Of a stretch of 64,000 bases of DNA, positions 54,252 to 64,000 are shown piece after piece. A program made the translations under genes and the position numbers. This DNA comes from a virus (taxonomy: Duplodnaviria; Caudoviricetes): the IMG/VR virus record IMGVR_UViG_3300028048_001801, positions 96,180-160,179 of that record; one strand, given 5' to 3'. Within the stretch, counting starts at the first letter, position 1; each line of letters starts with the position of its first letter. The notes under the pieces are model-generated. The model did no database searches. It saw only the letters and a program-made list of their open reading frames with translations, and had not been told where the DNA came from.

Positions 54252-56915
54252 TTATCTTCTATCTTCGTTTGAGAAGAATTTTCTCGTCGGATAACATCTC
54301 GCTGTTTCATAGAAAGATGCATGGTCTAAGTCTGTTCTACATAAGAAAGCAGATCCATCAACTCCTGAGTCTACGCCACGTCTGGTTTTATCACTAAACG
54401 CAATAATCCACGTTTTATTTCTGTCTGCCTCATATGGTTCGTCATACCACTCTCCGCTTCCATCTGGTTTCATTTTTCTCCTAAATGGATGGATATAGAA
54501 TGGGGATTCGGGATCTAATTCAGGTGCGTATAGTTTTCTAAACAAAACAAGATTGCTCAACGTTTCCTTAATTTGTTTACAGTTTGCCAAACATGAACTA
54601 TCCAACCACGATCTATTGAGAGTATTAAGAGCAAGCTGTATAGTGATTATGCCTATAACATTATATTTCATTGCGATTTCGGTTAAAGAACGAACATCTC
54701 TTACTAACCCTACCCAGGTATTGTCACTGGTGTTGTCGTCAATTGTCATTTTCATTGTATCGACAATAAACGCCGAGGCGGCTTCTCTTAATATCGCTCT
54801 TTTTATAAGTTGGCATGAAAATTTGGTGTCGGCATCTGAGAGCGTTACTATCTTAATTTTCTTTGCATAATTTTCTTTCCAATATGCTTTTGCTTTTTGG
54901 ACAACTTCCCAATCAGCGCTATCGAACTCACCGCTTAATATCTTCCGCTTACTGAGTTTTTCATACTTAAAAACCCTATAAACGACCCAAGCCAAAAACA
55001 ACGCCTTAACATCACTCGAACTGGATTCGTTGGTTATCATTACAACCTTCTCACCCTTTGATGCAAGAGACATTGCCGTTGTTACCATGTAAGTTGTATT
55101 ATGAGTAACAACATAATCATTCGCCAAAAATAAATGATCTGCGGCTTCTACTGTAAAACACGTCATATCGGTTTTTTTACTAGTACGCTCAATGTCAATA
55201 ATAGGTAGGTGATCATTAAATTCTGTTCTGTTATTCAGTGAAAGATATGTGTCTATTCTGTGTTTTTTATTTAAGGCCCGAAACAATTTTGGTTTATCTT
55301 CTTTTGGCGTAGATAGTGTAATCGTATAACACACACCAGATTTATATTTGTCTCTGTTGTCGCAAGAGACAGTAGCAATATAACCAAGGCTTCTACACAA
55401 TTCAACAAAACCATCTTTTAAAGCGGTGCTTGTAGTTGAAAAACGCACTCGCCCTTTTTTATCAATTGTTCCATCTGTGTCCAACAAGCCCTGTAATAAA
55501 GACATACGCTGCTCAACAGACCCGAGCAAATAATCGCTGGGGATAAACTTTGTATTAGAGCGTGTATTCCAAAGGTCGGGGTAATTTTTTAATAAAACCT
55601 GTGTTTTAACCCTATGTTTAGGGTCATCTATAGGCCTAAAGTCGTAAGTATAATTTTTACAATTTATATTTATAGCCTTTGTACAAACTATATTCCCCAG
55701 AATATTTGTTAATAGATTAGGGATTTCACTTGTGCCCGACGAAAATTGAAGCGCTTTAGATGAAAAATGTCCATTCCCCAAAAGAGCACCCATTACGTAC
55801 GGGTCAACAGAGTATTGTTTTTGCGGATATTCAACGGCACCATTTAACTTAACGGCATATCTAAATTCATATTTCCCACGTTGAAACTGCCCATTACATC
55901 TATTATAAAGCTGTTCTGTTGTTTCTACTCTATAAGAATACTGGTCCGCTCCCCTGTGTCTATACTCCCATAAGTGATCTTTGCAACATTCAACGACGCG
56001 CCCATCTTTGAAATGAACCTTCCAAATCTCTTTTTGTTCGTCTTGCGGATGAATCATCAATACTTTAGTTGGTTTGCCATCTCGCCCAAATAAATAATCT
56101 CCTGGGCGAATATCACCAACTCTTCTGGGCCCTATTGGAGTAGGTATAATTGTATCGTTCGGAAGAGCTTTTCCACTGCCGCTATGGGATCCCCACGCTG
56201 AAAGAGTACCTGGTTTCAGTCCAAGCGTATTCGCTGACATAAACGGGAATGTTCTAATTTCATCTCCATCTATATCAAACCCCGCCTCGCCATATGAGAC
56301 ACCCATCTCTTCTTTATTTTTTAAGCTTTGCAACCACGCATCGTCGAACTCAATATAGCCCTCTTCCAAAAGTTTTGTGTTTTGGACTTTAGTTTGCATA
56401 GAGGCGATTGATCCCTCATAGAATTCGAGGACCTCAGCGCATGACAGATCTTTGAAGAACTCAAAGGGAACAATGTTTTTCCCATTGTCAAGAGTTATTG
56501 TAGAAAAGATATTGAACCCTTTTGTGTATAATTTTAACAATGTATTGCTTTTGTTTAAATCATCTAAGAAAGAATCCCAGTTTTTATCATTGACCGTGTC
56601 CATTACATTGTCAATTTGGCTATAATCGCCGAGCGCGTCTTCGACCATGTGGACAAAATCACTTTCTAAGCTAGATACGAACGTTACTTCATCGAATTTC
56701 TGAATGCCTTTTTCACGAAGTTTTTTTGCCATGATAAACAGCATTCTGCCGTTGTTGGTTATAAAATCATCCGCGTCCAAACCACAATCATCATAGAGCT
56801 CAAGATTTTTAAGAAGACATCCACAAACGTTTCCTTCGATTTGAACTCTCTTATCTAAAAGCCTCTCATCATATTTGTCTTTTATCGCAGGCACAAAACT
56901 ATCATATTGTATCAT
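54252..56915 (-). CDS. dnaB: Replicative DnaB-family helicase containing an intein
   Basis: Walker A SGSGK|TT split by the intein; ITNE, IVDT Walker B, TIQL, KTRRG. Confidence 0.88.
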   Translation of the reverse strand: MIQYDSFVPAIKDKYDERLLDKRVQIEGNVCGCLLKNLELYDDCGLDADDFITNNGRMLFIMAKKLREKGIQKFDEVTFVSSLESDFVHMVEDALGDYSQIDNVMDTVNDKNWDSFLDDLNKSNTLLKLYTKGFNIFSTITLDNGKNIVPFEFFKDLSCAEVLEFYEGSIASMQTKVQNTKLLEEGYIEFDDAWLQSLKNKEEMGVSYGEAGFDIDGDEIRTFPFMSANTLGLKPGTLSAWGSHSGSGKALPNDTIIPTPIGPRRVGDIRPGDYLFGRDGKPTKVLMIHPQDEQKEIWKVHFKDGRVVECCKDHLWEYRHRGADQYSYRVETTEQLYNRCNGQFQRGKYEFRYAVKLNGAVEYPQKQYSVDPYVMGALLGNGHFSSKALQFSSGTSEIPNLLTNILGNIVCTKAININCKNYTYDFRPIDDPKHRVKTQVLLKNYPDLWNTRSNTKFIPSDYLLGSVEQRMSLLQGLLDTDGTIDKKGRVRFSTTSTALKDGFVELCRSLGYIATVSCDNRDKYKSGVCYTITLSTPKEDKPKLFRALNKKHRIDTYLSLNNRTEFNDHLPIIDIERTSKKTDMTCFTVEAADHLFLANDYVVTHNTTYMVTTAMSLASKGEKVVMITNESSSSDVKALFLAWVVYRVFKYEKLSKRKILSGEFDSADWEVVQKAKAYWKENYAKKIKIVTLSDADTKFSCQLIKRAILREAASAFIVDTMKMTIDDNTSDNTWVGLVRDVRSLTEIAMKYNVIGIITIQLALNTLNRSWLDSSCLANCKQIKETLSNLVLFRKLYAPELDPESPFYIHPFRRKMKPDGSGEWYDEPYEADRNKTWIIAFSDKTRRGVDSGVDGSAFLCRTDLDHASFYETARCYPTRKFFSNEDRR
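55098..56168 (-). mobile_element. Class 3 intein (357 aa) with LAGLIDADG endonuclease
   Basis: Starts with Ala (ALPNDT), block B DHLW, block F MTC, ends VTHN before +1 Thr; LQGLLDTDG. Confidence 0.88.
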
Positions 56916-57519
56916 AATCTTCTCCGTATTCGTCCTCCAATTCTTCCATAGACCGTCTAAGCCCTTTACGCGGGGTTAATTTAGGTACATAATTAGTATA
57001 ATCTATGTGCCCCGTAGTGGTGTCTATAGAAACCAACTCTTTCCCGCTTTGTGGTCTGTAATTTATTATTTCTTTTATTATAATGGCACTAAGATATTTT
57101 AATTTGGCGGTGTTGGTGGATATCCCCCTTTCGGAAATTTTAATACGTAAACTCTCTTCGTTTTCAAAAAGATAATAATATATCTTTTTGTAAGATGCTT
57201 CTTTAAGCCAAAGAGTCAAAGCTGTATTGTATCCACCTACGTCAAAACCGTCACAATTCAATATTTTTCGAACAAGATCTTCAATGCCATTTTCATACTT
57301 GAGACGCTTTGCAACATATTCCATGCCACCTTCGTATTCTTCTCTACTACAGTAAAACGTTTTGCGAGGCCCTTCAACCACACAATAAGCGACATCGAAC
57401 GCTATTGCTTTTCCACAAAGGGCGCATCTCACCATTTTTTTACTCGTTTCAGCTACACTTGGAGCATCAGATGTTTTCTTGGGATATGTTTTTTTCTTAG
57501 GGATCAAATCCTTATGCAT
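56902..57519 (-). CDS. Hypothetical replication-module protein with Zn finger
   Basis: CALC..FYCS; coupled to dnaB. Confidence 0.75.
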   Translation of the reverse strand: MHKDLIPKKKTYPKKTSDAPSVAETSKKMVRCALCGKAIAFDVAYCVVEGPRKTFYCSREEYEGGMEYVAKRLKYENGIEDLVRKILNCDGFDVGGYNTALTLWLKEASYKKIYYYLFENEESLRIKISERGISTNTAKLKYLSAIIIKEIINYRPQSGKELVSIDTTTGHIDYTNYVPKLTPRKGLRRSMEELEDEYGEDYDTI

Positions 57520-57521
57520 TA

Positions 57522-57550
57522 ATTATATCACCTTCTAAAAGTTTTGTCAA
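57522..57550 (-). promoter_or_regulatory. sigma70/sigmaA promoter
   Basis: TTGACA-17-TATAAT with TG. Confidence 0.8.
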
Positions 57551-57614
57551 ACAAAATGGATATAATAAGACTGAAATAATTTTAAATTATTCCAGCCTTA
57601 TATACCCTTTTTAA

Positions 57615-58808
57615 TTAATCGATTTCAATGCGTAATTCTGAATCAATAATAGCCTTAATCTGGAGAAGAACTTCATCGGAGCTTGCCTCGAGCGAGGATT
57701 CGCCCCTTAAGGTCTTAATTCTTTTCTTGACATCCATCGGTAAATCTTTGAATGAAAGCCTTATGTCTTCTATTATTTTTTCCCTCTCATCCGCACCTAA
57801 AGCTAAGACTTCCGCATCAGCAGCAGGTTCTGATGGGGTATCGACGTCAAACGGAGGAGTGTCTTCGTCATTTTCTACTTTGTCATAAGAAGATGTAGAT
57901 TCGACAATTTTCGGCGCTTCTATTTTTCTAGTAGCGGGAGCAAGCTCTGGCTTACCATTCGCCTCTGCAGCAATGGCGTCTTGCACAGCCTTGATGAACG
58001 CATCCGCGTCGAGGGGAATCTCATCTATAATGTGTGCAAATCTCGATTTTGCGTCTGCAACAAGCATATCATCGCGGAATTTAATCTTTCTTGTTTCGTC
58101 TATAAGAGTAGATCTTTCTTTCGTTTTATTTGTTACAGGGTTCTTATCTCCAACCGCAACTTTTTCAATTTCTCTATCATAATAACCACATGCGACAACG
58201 TGGCTAGAATTCTTAATCGCATTAAAATATTTCATGCTCATATTTGCAGTTATGGTAGTAAAGTTCTTGCCCGTATAAAGATCTGCCTGTTCTTTTTCTT
58301 TAACGTGTGCGGTCCACCAAACACCAACGCCTACAGAATTAAGCCTGGATATAACCTTTTTTGCGGTGTCAACAACTCTTTCCATACCGCGGCCATAGCC
58401 GCCCTCTACGGAATTGATCGATTTCGCTTTTACAAAATTGGGGTTGCCTGCGTTAGAGGCGTTCCAATCTTTGATGACATAATCTTCGACAACTTCGAAA
58501 TAAGCATCGAGGGTGTCGATAACCACGAGCTTCAAATTGGGGTAGTCGGTATCTTTGTTTTTGACGATATCTTCTACAACTTCTCTAAGTTTACCGTAAT
58601 TGGGAATCCTTTCAGCGATAGCCCCTGCAATGGCTTTTACACCATCTTCGAGACCCATGTCAAAAATCATATATCCATCATCACCAAACAATTTGTGTCC
58701 GACATTACACATAAGAGTGGTTTTGCCGAAACCAGAAGGGCCCATGGCACCAAGCATAAAATTACTCAAATCAGCACTTACAACGGTTTTTTTACCAAAT
58801 TTTCCCAT
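57615..58808 (-). CDS. AAA_24/Sak4-like ATPase (recombination or annealing)
   Basis: GPSGFGKTT, EDG, VVIDT, GGYGRG, TAHVKE, AKSRF. Confidence 0.8.
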   Translation of the reverse strand: MGKFGKKTVVSADLSNFMLGAMGPSGFGKTTLMCNVGHKLFGDDGYMIFDMGLEDGVKAIAGAIAERIPNYGKLREVVEDIVKNKDTDYPNLKLVVIDTLDAYFEVVEDYVIKDWNASNAGNPNFVKAKSINSVEGGYGRGMERVVDTAKKVISRLNSVGVGVWWTAHVKEKEQADLYTGKNFTTITANMSMKYFNAIKNSSHVVACGYYDREIEKVAVGDKNPVTNKTKERSTLIDETRKIKFRDDMLVADAKSRFAHIIDEIPLDADAFIKAVQDAIAAEANGKPELAPATRKIEAPKIVESTSSYDKVENDEDTPPFDVDTPSEPAADAEVLALGADEREKIIEDIRLSFKDLPMDVKKRIKTLRGESSLEASSDEVLLQIKAIIDSELRIEID

Positions 58809-58820
58809 TATTATATCTCC

Positions 58821-59975
58821 TTAAATATCATCTTCGTCGCTAAAAAGATCGAATTTCTTAGCGGACGTTTTTGTTGTAGTTGTATTTTTTGTAGTCCTTT
58901 CCCCAGTGGGCTTAGCCTGAAGAGTTTCCATGTCTACTTCTGTAGCTTGAGGGCCATTAGCATATCCACGCGACAGACCGTCGAGATAGATATAAGAGAC
59001 CCTGTCACCATATACGGCGTTCCCCATTTCTGCCCTTATATCATCCATGGTCTTAACGCCCCATTCGAGCATTTGCTTCTGTTCATCGCTCAAATCTTCG
59101 ATATTAATTTCTGTCTTGGGGGTACCCTCAAAAAAAGTAACATTTACACCGACCACCGAAATCGGGCTTTCCATATCACCAAGCTTCGTAAGGGTGTTAA
59201 TTAAACCATTTTTGATTGGGTTATCTTTCTTTAAAACAAGCCCTGTTTCAACATAATAGTTTTGTTTCGACATTCTTTCATAGAACTGCATATATCCCGA
59301 GATCGGAGTGTTTCCATCTTCCATTTCTTCGCCAACAGCATTGTCTCTATCATAATAGAAGTCTATCTTTCCAAAAAGGCCAGGGGTGTCTTTGTCTGAT
59401 GCTTTATAAATATTAGTAGGAACGAAACTTCTAAAATATTTACCGCCGTCATCTTTCTTATTCGAGTAGCTATATTCTATCGTTCCCGTAACAACATAAT
59501 TATCTTCGCCAAATCCATCCGCCAAAATTATTTCTTCTACCTTTTTAGCGAAATCATAGGTTGAGATGTAAGAGTGTTTCTGCTTGGAAAGCTCTGCCGC
59601 TTCATCTTCTTTTTTAGCATCAACCAGCGCTTCACGTATTTTGTCTGAAGCAAGGTCTACTGTGTATCTTCTGTAATTTGGAATTTTTTCTATGATGGCC
59701 GGATCAAATCTATCCGCCCACGCTATCTGAACGTTCTCAACGTCTCTTTTGTTGGTAGCGCCCGCCTTGATCTGCTGGGTGTAAATTACGTTTTTGCTAT
59801 CATCTTTAAACTTCCCGCCCGAAAGGTCTACGAAACCAGAGCACTCGCCGCAATCAACTCTAAATTTAACCCTCTCTATCATCCAGCCACTATCAAAGGT
59901 TACTGTTTCAATAAACTTTTTGTCTTTCTTGTCTTCGATTTTCTTAATTTTTCCTACAAACTTAAATGTGTTCAT
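58821..59975 (-). CDS. Putative single-stranded DNA-binding protein
   Basis: NTFKFVG start, beta-rich, acidic tail (FSDEDDI), adjacent to the Sak4-like ATPase; function inferred from context. Confidence 0.55.
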   Translation of the reverse strand: MNTFKFVGKIKKIEDKKDKKFIETVTFDSGWMIERVKFRVDCGECSGFVDLSGGKFKDDSKNVIYTQQIKAGATNKRDVENVQIAWADRFDPAIIEKIPNYRRYTVDLASDKIREALVDAKKEDEAAELSKQKHSYISTYDFAKKVEEIILADGFGEDNYVVTGTIEYSYSNKKDDGGKYFRSFVPTNIYKASDKDTPGLFGKIDFYYDRDNAVGEEMEDGNTPISGYMQFYERMSKQNYYVETGLVLKKDNPIKNGLINTLTKLGDMESPISVVGVNVTFFEGTPKTEINIEDLSDEQKQMLEWGVKTMDDIRAEMGNAVYGDRVSYIYLDGLSRGYANGPQATEVDMETLQAKPTGERTTKNTTTTKTSAKKFDLFSDEDDI

Positions 59976-60013
59976 AATTTCTCCTTGTTTTTTATAATGC
60001 TTTTATTTGTTGC

Positions 60014-60547
60014 TTATTGTTTGTCATTTTCGACAACTTTATCTTCGCTACTATCCGCAAAGGTTTCTGCCGTATTCTTTGACATTTCTTCTTCTACCTC
60101 AAGAACGGTTTTGTATGTTCCGTCACTCGATTCGATGAGAATATCCGTATAGGTGTCAAACAACCACGGCTGGACGCGAACTTGTTCGCCAGTTTCAGGA
60201 TCGGTAACATAACGATTGTCTTCTTCGAAACAAATTAACGAATTGACAGCGTTCTCTCTTGTAACGTGCAATATGTCGTTTTTATGTTCTTCTACAAACT
60301 GTAAGAAATCAGGATTCTTATCGGCTTGTGGACGAGACATAATTGCGTCATAATTTAACTTACAAGCGCACCCATCAGGGACCAGTTCGTAATTATCTAA
60401 GTGGGCAAAATCATTAGATACCTGTAAATCACTAAAGTCGTAATTGCCCGCTTGGATACGCGCGACAGCTATTAAAGAATCAAATTCTTCTCTCGTTAAC
60501 TTCGTTTTATGCTTTCTATTATACGCACGTCTCTCAGCTCTTCCCAA
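60014..60547 (-). CDS. Hypothetical protein
   Basis: 177 aa, TTG start with GGAGG SD. Confidence 0.75.
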   Translation of the reverse strand: MGRAERRAYNRKHKTKLTREEFDSLIAVARIQAGNYDFSDLQVSNDFAHLDNYELVPDGCACKLNYDAIMSRPQADKNPDFLQFVEEHKNDILHVTRENAVNSLICFEEDNRYVTDPETGEQVRVQPWLFDTYTDILIESSDGTYKTVLEVEEEMSKNTAETFADSSEDKVVENDKQ

Positions 60548-60591
60548 AGTCTCTTATCCTCCTATTTAATATTTGCCTTTTAAGCATTATT

Positions 60592-60620
60592 ATAATAACA
60601 CGGTTTTGATTTTCTGTCAA
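60592..60620 (-). promoter_or_regulatory. sigma70/sigmaA promoter of the replication module
   Basis: TTGACA-17-TATTAT with TG. Confidence 0.7.
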
Positions 60621-60910
60621 GGAAAAGTGCCATGTTTTTTTAAAGTTTTTTAAAATTTTTCAATAATAAAAATTTTGTTCTAATACACATGATTTGATAA
60701 AATTAATGCTTTCGCCAAAAATGATATAAAAAAGAAGAGTCCTCGCTTTTATTGCGAAAACCCTTCTCAAAGTAAGTAAAAATATAAAAAATTAAATAAA
60801 AATGCGTTTATATCAAAGTTTAAACTTATTTATTAAATTTTATTTTTTAGTTTTGGCTTTTATAATTTTCATTATAAAAGAATTATTTTATTTTGTATAT
60901 AAAAATTGAT

Positions 60911-60936
60911 AAAACGGCCATTTTCACAGCCGTTTT
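60911..60936 (-). terminator. Probable intrinsic terminator
   Basis: AAAACGGC/GCCGTTTT hairpin just after the 782-aa gene. Confidence 0.55.
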
Positions 60937-60952
60937 AGTTGTTCAATAAATA

Positions 60953-63301
60953 TTATTGCCCATCAATCGAGTCATAGTCTATTTCTTTGTAACCTGTCCT
61001 TCTGGAATATGTATTGTTCCCAAAAAACCATTCGCCATTGTCATTTAATCCGCAAATGCCGTGTTCTTCTGTTCCTTCATCGGGGCCATATCCTCGATAA
61101 GTGGTTGTTAATAAATACGCATCAAAATAGCTGTCAAGAGCAGAAATAGTAAAAGCATCTGTTTCATTACAAATTACTCTGAAATAATATGTTGCAGCGT
61201 TAGAGGAGGTTTCTCCGATAAACAAACAAATGTCATGGGTGTGTAGCCCACCGCCACTTTCACCAAGGTCTCCCTTCCTAACAACATCATCAGAATCAAC
61301 GGGAGCGCTTTTGACTTTGACTCTACCATCGGCGAGAACCTCCATTGCGTTGTTTCTAATATTATCCGCAGTACCGTTTCCGACAATAAACAAGGCATTC
61401 GGATTTTCCTTGTTGTATTTACCGAAGACAGTTTGAGCTTCTGCCGTTGCTTTAGTTCCTAAGCCACCAGCATGAGTGTATTTTACTGAAGGAATAAGAT
61501 AAGTTTGATAAGTATCACCCGTAGCATCGTAATCTCTCGAATAGACATTAAGATCTACAAGAACACCTGCTTGGGTATTACCACCTTCCGAAACTGCACC
61601 ATCACCGTATGCTTTTGTTAAAATACCTGTCGACCTTGCAGTATGTCCAAACGCTTCTGTACCAGCGCCACCAGCATAAGTGTTGTGGTCAACAGTTTGT
61701 AAAGGTGAAACAGTGATTTTCTCTGAATAATAAGCGTAATTACCAGTGAGTTCAAGGTCTGTAGTACCATCATATACGAAGTCAAAAGAACCTTCAAAAT
61801 AATCTGTATAAGGAGAGTAGCCATATTTATGATTGCCCATAAACAAGCAGCCATCTCCGATACTCCAATCCTGACCCATGGACTCCATCCATGTATCGGG
61901 ACTACCAGTATCAAGATTTGCGACCTTTGAAATCTGAATACCTCCTACTTGATTTTCCAAGCTCCCGTTAAAGTGGTACCAAGAACCTTTTGTTAAGATG
62001 ACAGCTGGATGTTCTACTATGTGGGATTTTAATTCTGCAATTGCAAAATCTGGTAATGTACTTACATCTTCACTCTCGAAAATAAAATTGAATGCCCCTG
62101 AAAATATTTCTCCTTGACCTTCCGCAACAAGTCCTCCATATTCCTCTCCATTAGCAAACACGTAACTATTACTATACTCTGTACCTGGGCTACCAAAACC
62201 ATAACCTGTTTCTGTTGTAGCTCGCGGAGTTAAAGAAGTATCTATGTTTTCGATGCTTGAGCAAGTAATGCGGTACCAAAAACCTCCAAAAGATGGTAAT
62301 GTTCCATAGAATCTATATCTCTTCCCAACTGTAAGTCCAAGTGTTTTTTGACTGCTTGATGTGGCTTTCAAAATTTCTTTTATGGTATGCGTTCTCGAAC
62401 CATCTGTTTTAGAGTTAGATCCGTCCGCCTTTGTATTCTGTCCACCAGCGGTGGCAAAATCTCCATTCGATTCATTATTACCGCCATAAGAACGTCCGAA
62501 AGAGCCATTAACGGTATTGTAACTTCCTGTCGCATCACCATAAGGAGCATTGACCTTATTGTGCGCACCAGATACTCTACCGTGACTTCCATTTTCGGTA
62601 ACTACGTTATCCCAACCAGACATATCAGCATATGGTGCATATGCCCTATTTTCATTTCCACGCAGGAAAATCGCCGAAGCCATACCGAAATTACGAGTTC
62701 CAGCGGTAAATCCGTACAACCCTGCATAGTTCTTATAACCAGTAGCAAAACCGAAGTTTGCGGCATAGTTAGTGTCACCACCCGCAAATGCACCGTAACC
62801 TACTACGTTTTTGGTTCCACCAACTGCGCTTCTATCATTTTTAGCCGAAGAAGTTCCGCCCCATTGGAATGTGTACTTTCCTAATGCACCAGCGGTCCAA
62901 GTTGCGTATCTTATAATACTTGTTGCTTGTGATAATAAGTTATAAAGTATTTCAACTTTAATACCATTTATTGTCGCGAACTTTTCTCCGCTGACGGTTG
63001 TAACAGGATAACTCGCAACGCTACTCGTAACAGTTGTTGGTTGCCCGTTTGAAAAATTGACAGTATATTCTACATTATCAAGAGTAAACTTATTATTTTG
63101 AACCACAATATAAGGGTTAGGATAATTTTCACTTGCATCATTTCCAGTAGCGCCATACAGACCCTCAAAGGTTTCTCTGCCAGGCTGTACAAGAATATGG
63201 GCAGAACCAGTACCTTCGCCATTTTTAATGTTCCAATTCACAATAGGATATTCAACGTCATTGCTGTCTACATATTTTATTGTGTTTTTGAATTTAGGCA
63301 T
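60953..63301 (-). CDS. Tail fibre or adhesin-like protein with YadA-head-like G/N repeats
   Basis: Approximately 14-aa repeats (ATGSYNTVNGSFG, TAGGQNTKADGSNS); GKYN..ALFIVGNG..RNNAMEVLADG. Confidence 0.7.
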   Translation of the reverse strand: MPKFKNTIKYVDSNDVEYPIVNWNIKNGEGTGSAHILVQPGRETFEGLYGATGNDASENYPNPYIVVQNNKFTLDNVEYTVNFSNGQPTTVTSSVASYPVTTVSGEKFATINGIKVEILYNLLSQATSIIRYATWTAGALGKYTFQWGGTSSAKNDRSAVGGTKNVVGYGAFAGGDTNYAANFGFATGYKNYAGLYGFTAGTRNFGMASAIFLRGNENRAYAPYADMSGWDNVVTENGSHGRVSGAHNKVNAPYGDATGSYNTVNGSFGRSYGGNNESNGDFATAGGQNTKADGSNSKTDGSRTHTIKEILKATSSSQKTLGLTVGKRYRFYGTLPSFGGFWYRITCSSIENIDTSLTPRATTETGYGFGSPGTEYSNSYVFANGEEYGGLVAEGQGEIFSGAFNFIFESEDVSTLPDFAIAELKSHIVEHPAVILTKGSWYHFNGSLENQVGGIQISKVANLDTGSPDTWMESMGQDWSIGDGCLFMGNHKYGYSPYTDYFEGSFDFVYDGTTDLELTGNYAYYSEKITVSPLQTVDHNTYAGGAGTEAFGHTARSTGILTKAYGDGAVSEGGNTQAGVLVDLNVYSRDYDATGDTYQTYLIPSVKYTHAGGLGTKATAEAQTVFGKYNKENPNALFIVGNGTADNIRNNAMEVLADGRVKVKSAPVDSDDVVRKGDLGESGGGLHTHDICLFIGETSSNAATYYFRVICNETDAFTISALDSYFDAYLLTTTYRGYGPDEGTEEHGICGLNDNGEWFFGNNTYSRRTGYKEIDYDSIDGQ

Positions 63302-63383
63302 TTTGTTTACCTCCTTGTTTTTAAGGAAATAAACGCACTTTATTTAATATATTAACTTACGTGAAATAAAATATTGTTTTTAT

Positions 63384-63863
63384 TCAGTTTTTTAATTGAT
63401 AAGGCTTTTCCCAAAATCGATTAGTAATATCAATTAGACTCCCATTATCAATTTTATATAATCTTTGATTAGTCGTTGGGCTTTTCAAAGAGCCGAGCTC
63501 TGATATGTAGGGCCCAACTTTGACGTAATCAAGTAATTTTAATATTTCTTCAGAAACCGATTCAGATCCTGAATAAAGCGCAGTTTTTAAATTCGGATAG
63601 TTTGCTTTTAAGAATTTTAATTCCTGTTTCAAATCTGCCTTTTGATTCTCATCGTCGCCACCCATAAACAAAACACAAGTGATCAAATCCGAATAAGCCG
63701 CCAATTGCTTTACGAGTTCTGGATGCACATCACGGCCCACATTCGCCCATAAATATTGCGAATGACACCCTTGGCAATGATGCGGGCAATTAGATATCGA
63801 AAAACTTAAACTTATTTCATCGGGAATTTCTTGTAAACATATGGCTTCACTTGCACTTTTCAT
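63384..63863 (-). CDS. nrdG: Anaerobic ribonucleotide reductase activase (radical SAM)
   Basis: EIPDEISL..CPHHCQGCH, MGGD, KVGPY..TTNQR; start moved to ATG 63863 overlapping the nrdD end. Confidence 0.9.
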   Translation of the reverse strand: MKSASEAICLQEIPDEISLSFSISNCPHHCQGCHSQYLWANVGRDVHPELVKQLAAYSDLITCVLFMGGDDENQKADLKQELKFLKANYPNLKTALYSGSESVSEEILKLLDYVKVGPYISELGSLKSPTTNQRLYKIDNGSLIDITNRFWEKPYQLKN

Positions 63864-64000
63864 TGTCGACTTCGTTTCCTTTATTATAATATCTTTTACT
63901 CGCTTCTTTTTGACGAGCCTCTGAATATTTTGAGACGCGCTTAACATATCCAATAACACGGGTTAAATAATCAAGATTATCTGACCCGCATTTGGGGCAC
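63847..64000 (-). CDS. nrdD: Anaerobic ribonucleoside-triphosphate reductase, C-terminus (truncated by window edge)
   Basis: CPKCGS..TRVIGY glycyl-radical motif, stop at 63847. Confidence 0.9.
   Translation of the reverse strand, partial: CPKCGSDNLDYLTRVIGYVKRVSKYSEARQKEASKRYYNKGNEVDNEKCK

Noticed and set aside
57981-59204. 407-aa plus-strand ORF and the other plus-strand ORFs in the track
   Set aside because: They are antisense shadows of well-supported minus-strand genes, with no recognisable motifs and atypical composition.
60550-60950. AT-rich intergenic region as replication origin
   Set aside because: No iterons or DnaA boxes were recognised; a promoter UP element and terminators explain much of it.
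60953-63301. Diversity-generating retroelement target
   Set aside because: No template repeat or reverse transcriptase is visible in the window.

Overview
This is 64 kb of a large, AT-rich tailed-phage genome, most likely infecting a Firmicutes (Clostridia-like) host. Essentially every real gene is on the minus strand, driven by about 19 near-consensus sigma70/sigmaA promoters. In coordinate order (transcription runs right to left): (1) small hypothetical genes; (2) a 3.1-kb non-coding operon (2.5-5.55 kb) with tRNAs Thr, Asp, Ala, Pro and fMet, several aberrant tRNA-like RNAs, an 82-nt tmRNA tRNA-like domain lacking the mRNA domain, and large structured RNAs; (3) a glycosyltransferase/Stealth operon headed by trxB; (4) RNA-repair genes (PNK-HD, Rnl1, Rnl2-like, phosphoesterases), phoH, recD2, dnaE, an HNH endonuclease and a small methylase; (5) a 24-kb array of small accessory genes whose junctions carry a recurrent palindrome ATAAAA-N6-TTTTAT; (6) tRNA-His, tRNA-Gln and another structured RNA; (7) a replication module of recJ, a LAGLIDADG endonuclease, primase, DnaB with a class-3 intein, a Sak4-like ATPase and a putative SSB; (8) a tail-fibre/adhesin-like gene, nrdG and the 3' end of nrdD. 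Three candidates for new biology stand out. The first is the junction palindrome, whose neighbouring copies share spacer sequence, suggesting an integron-like gene-cassette system. The second is a Val-stop-Val 'stop-hop' (GTT TGA GTA) inside the RecJ catalytic motif next to a free-standing homing endonuclease. The third is the TLD-only mini-tmRNA together with the anticodon-less tRNA mimics. All calls come from manual reading of the sequence; no database searches were run.
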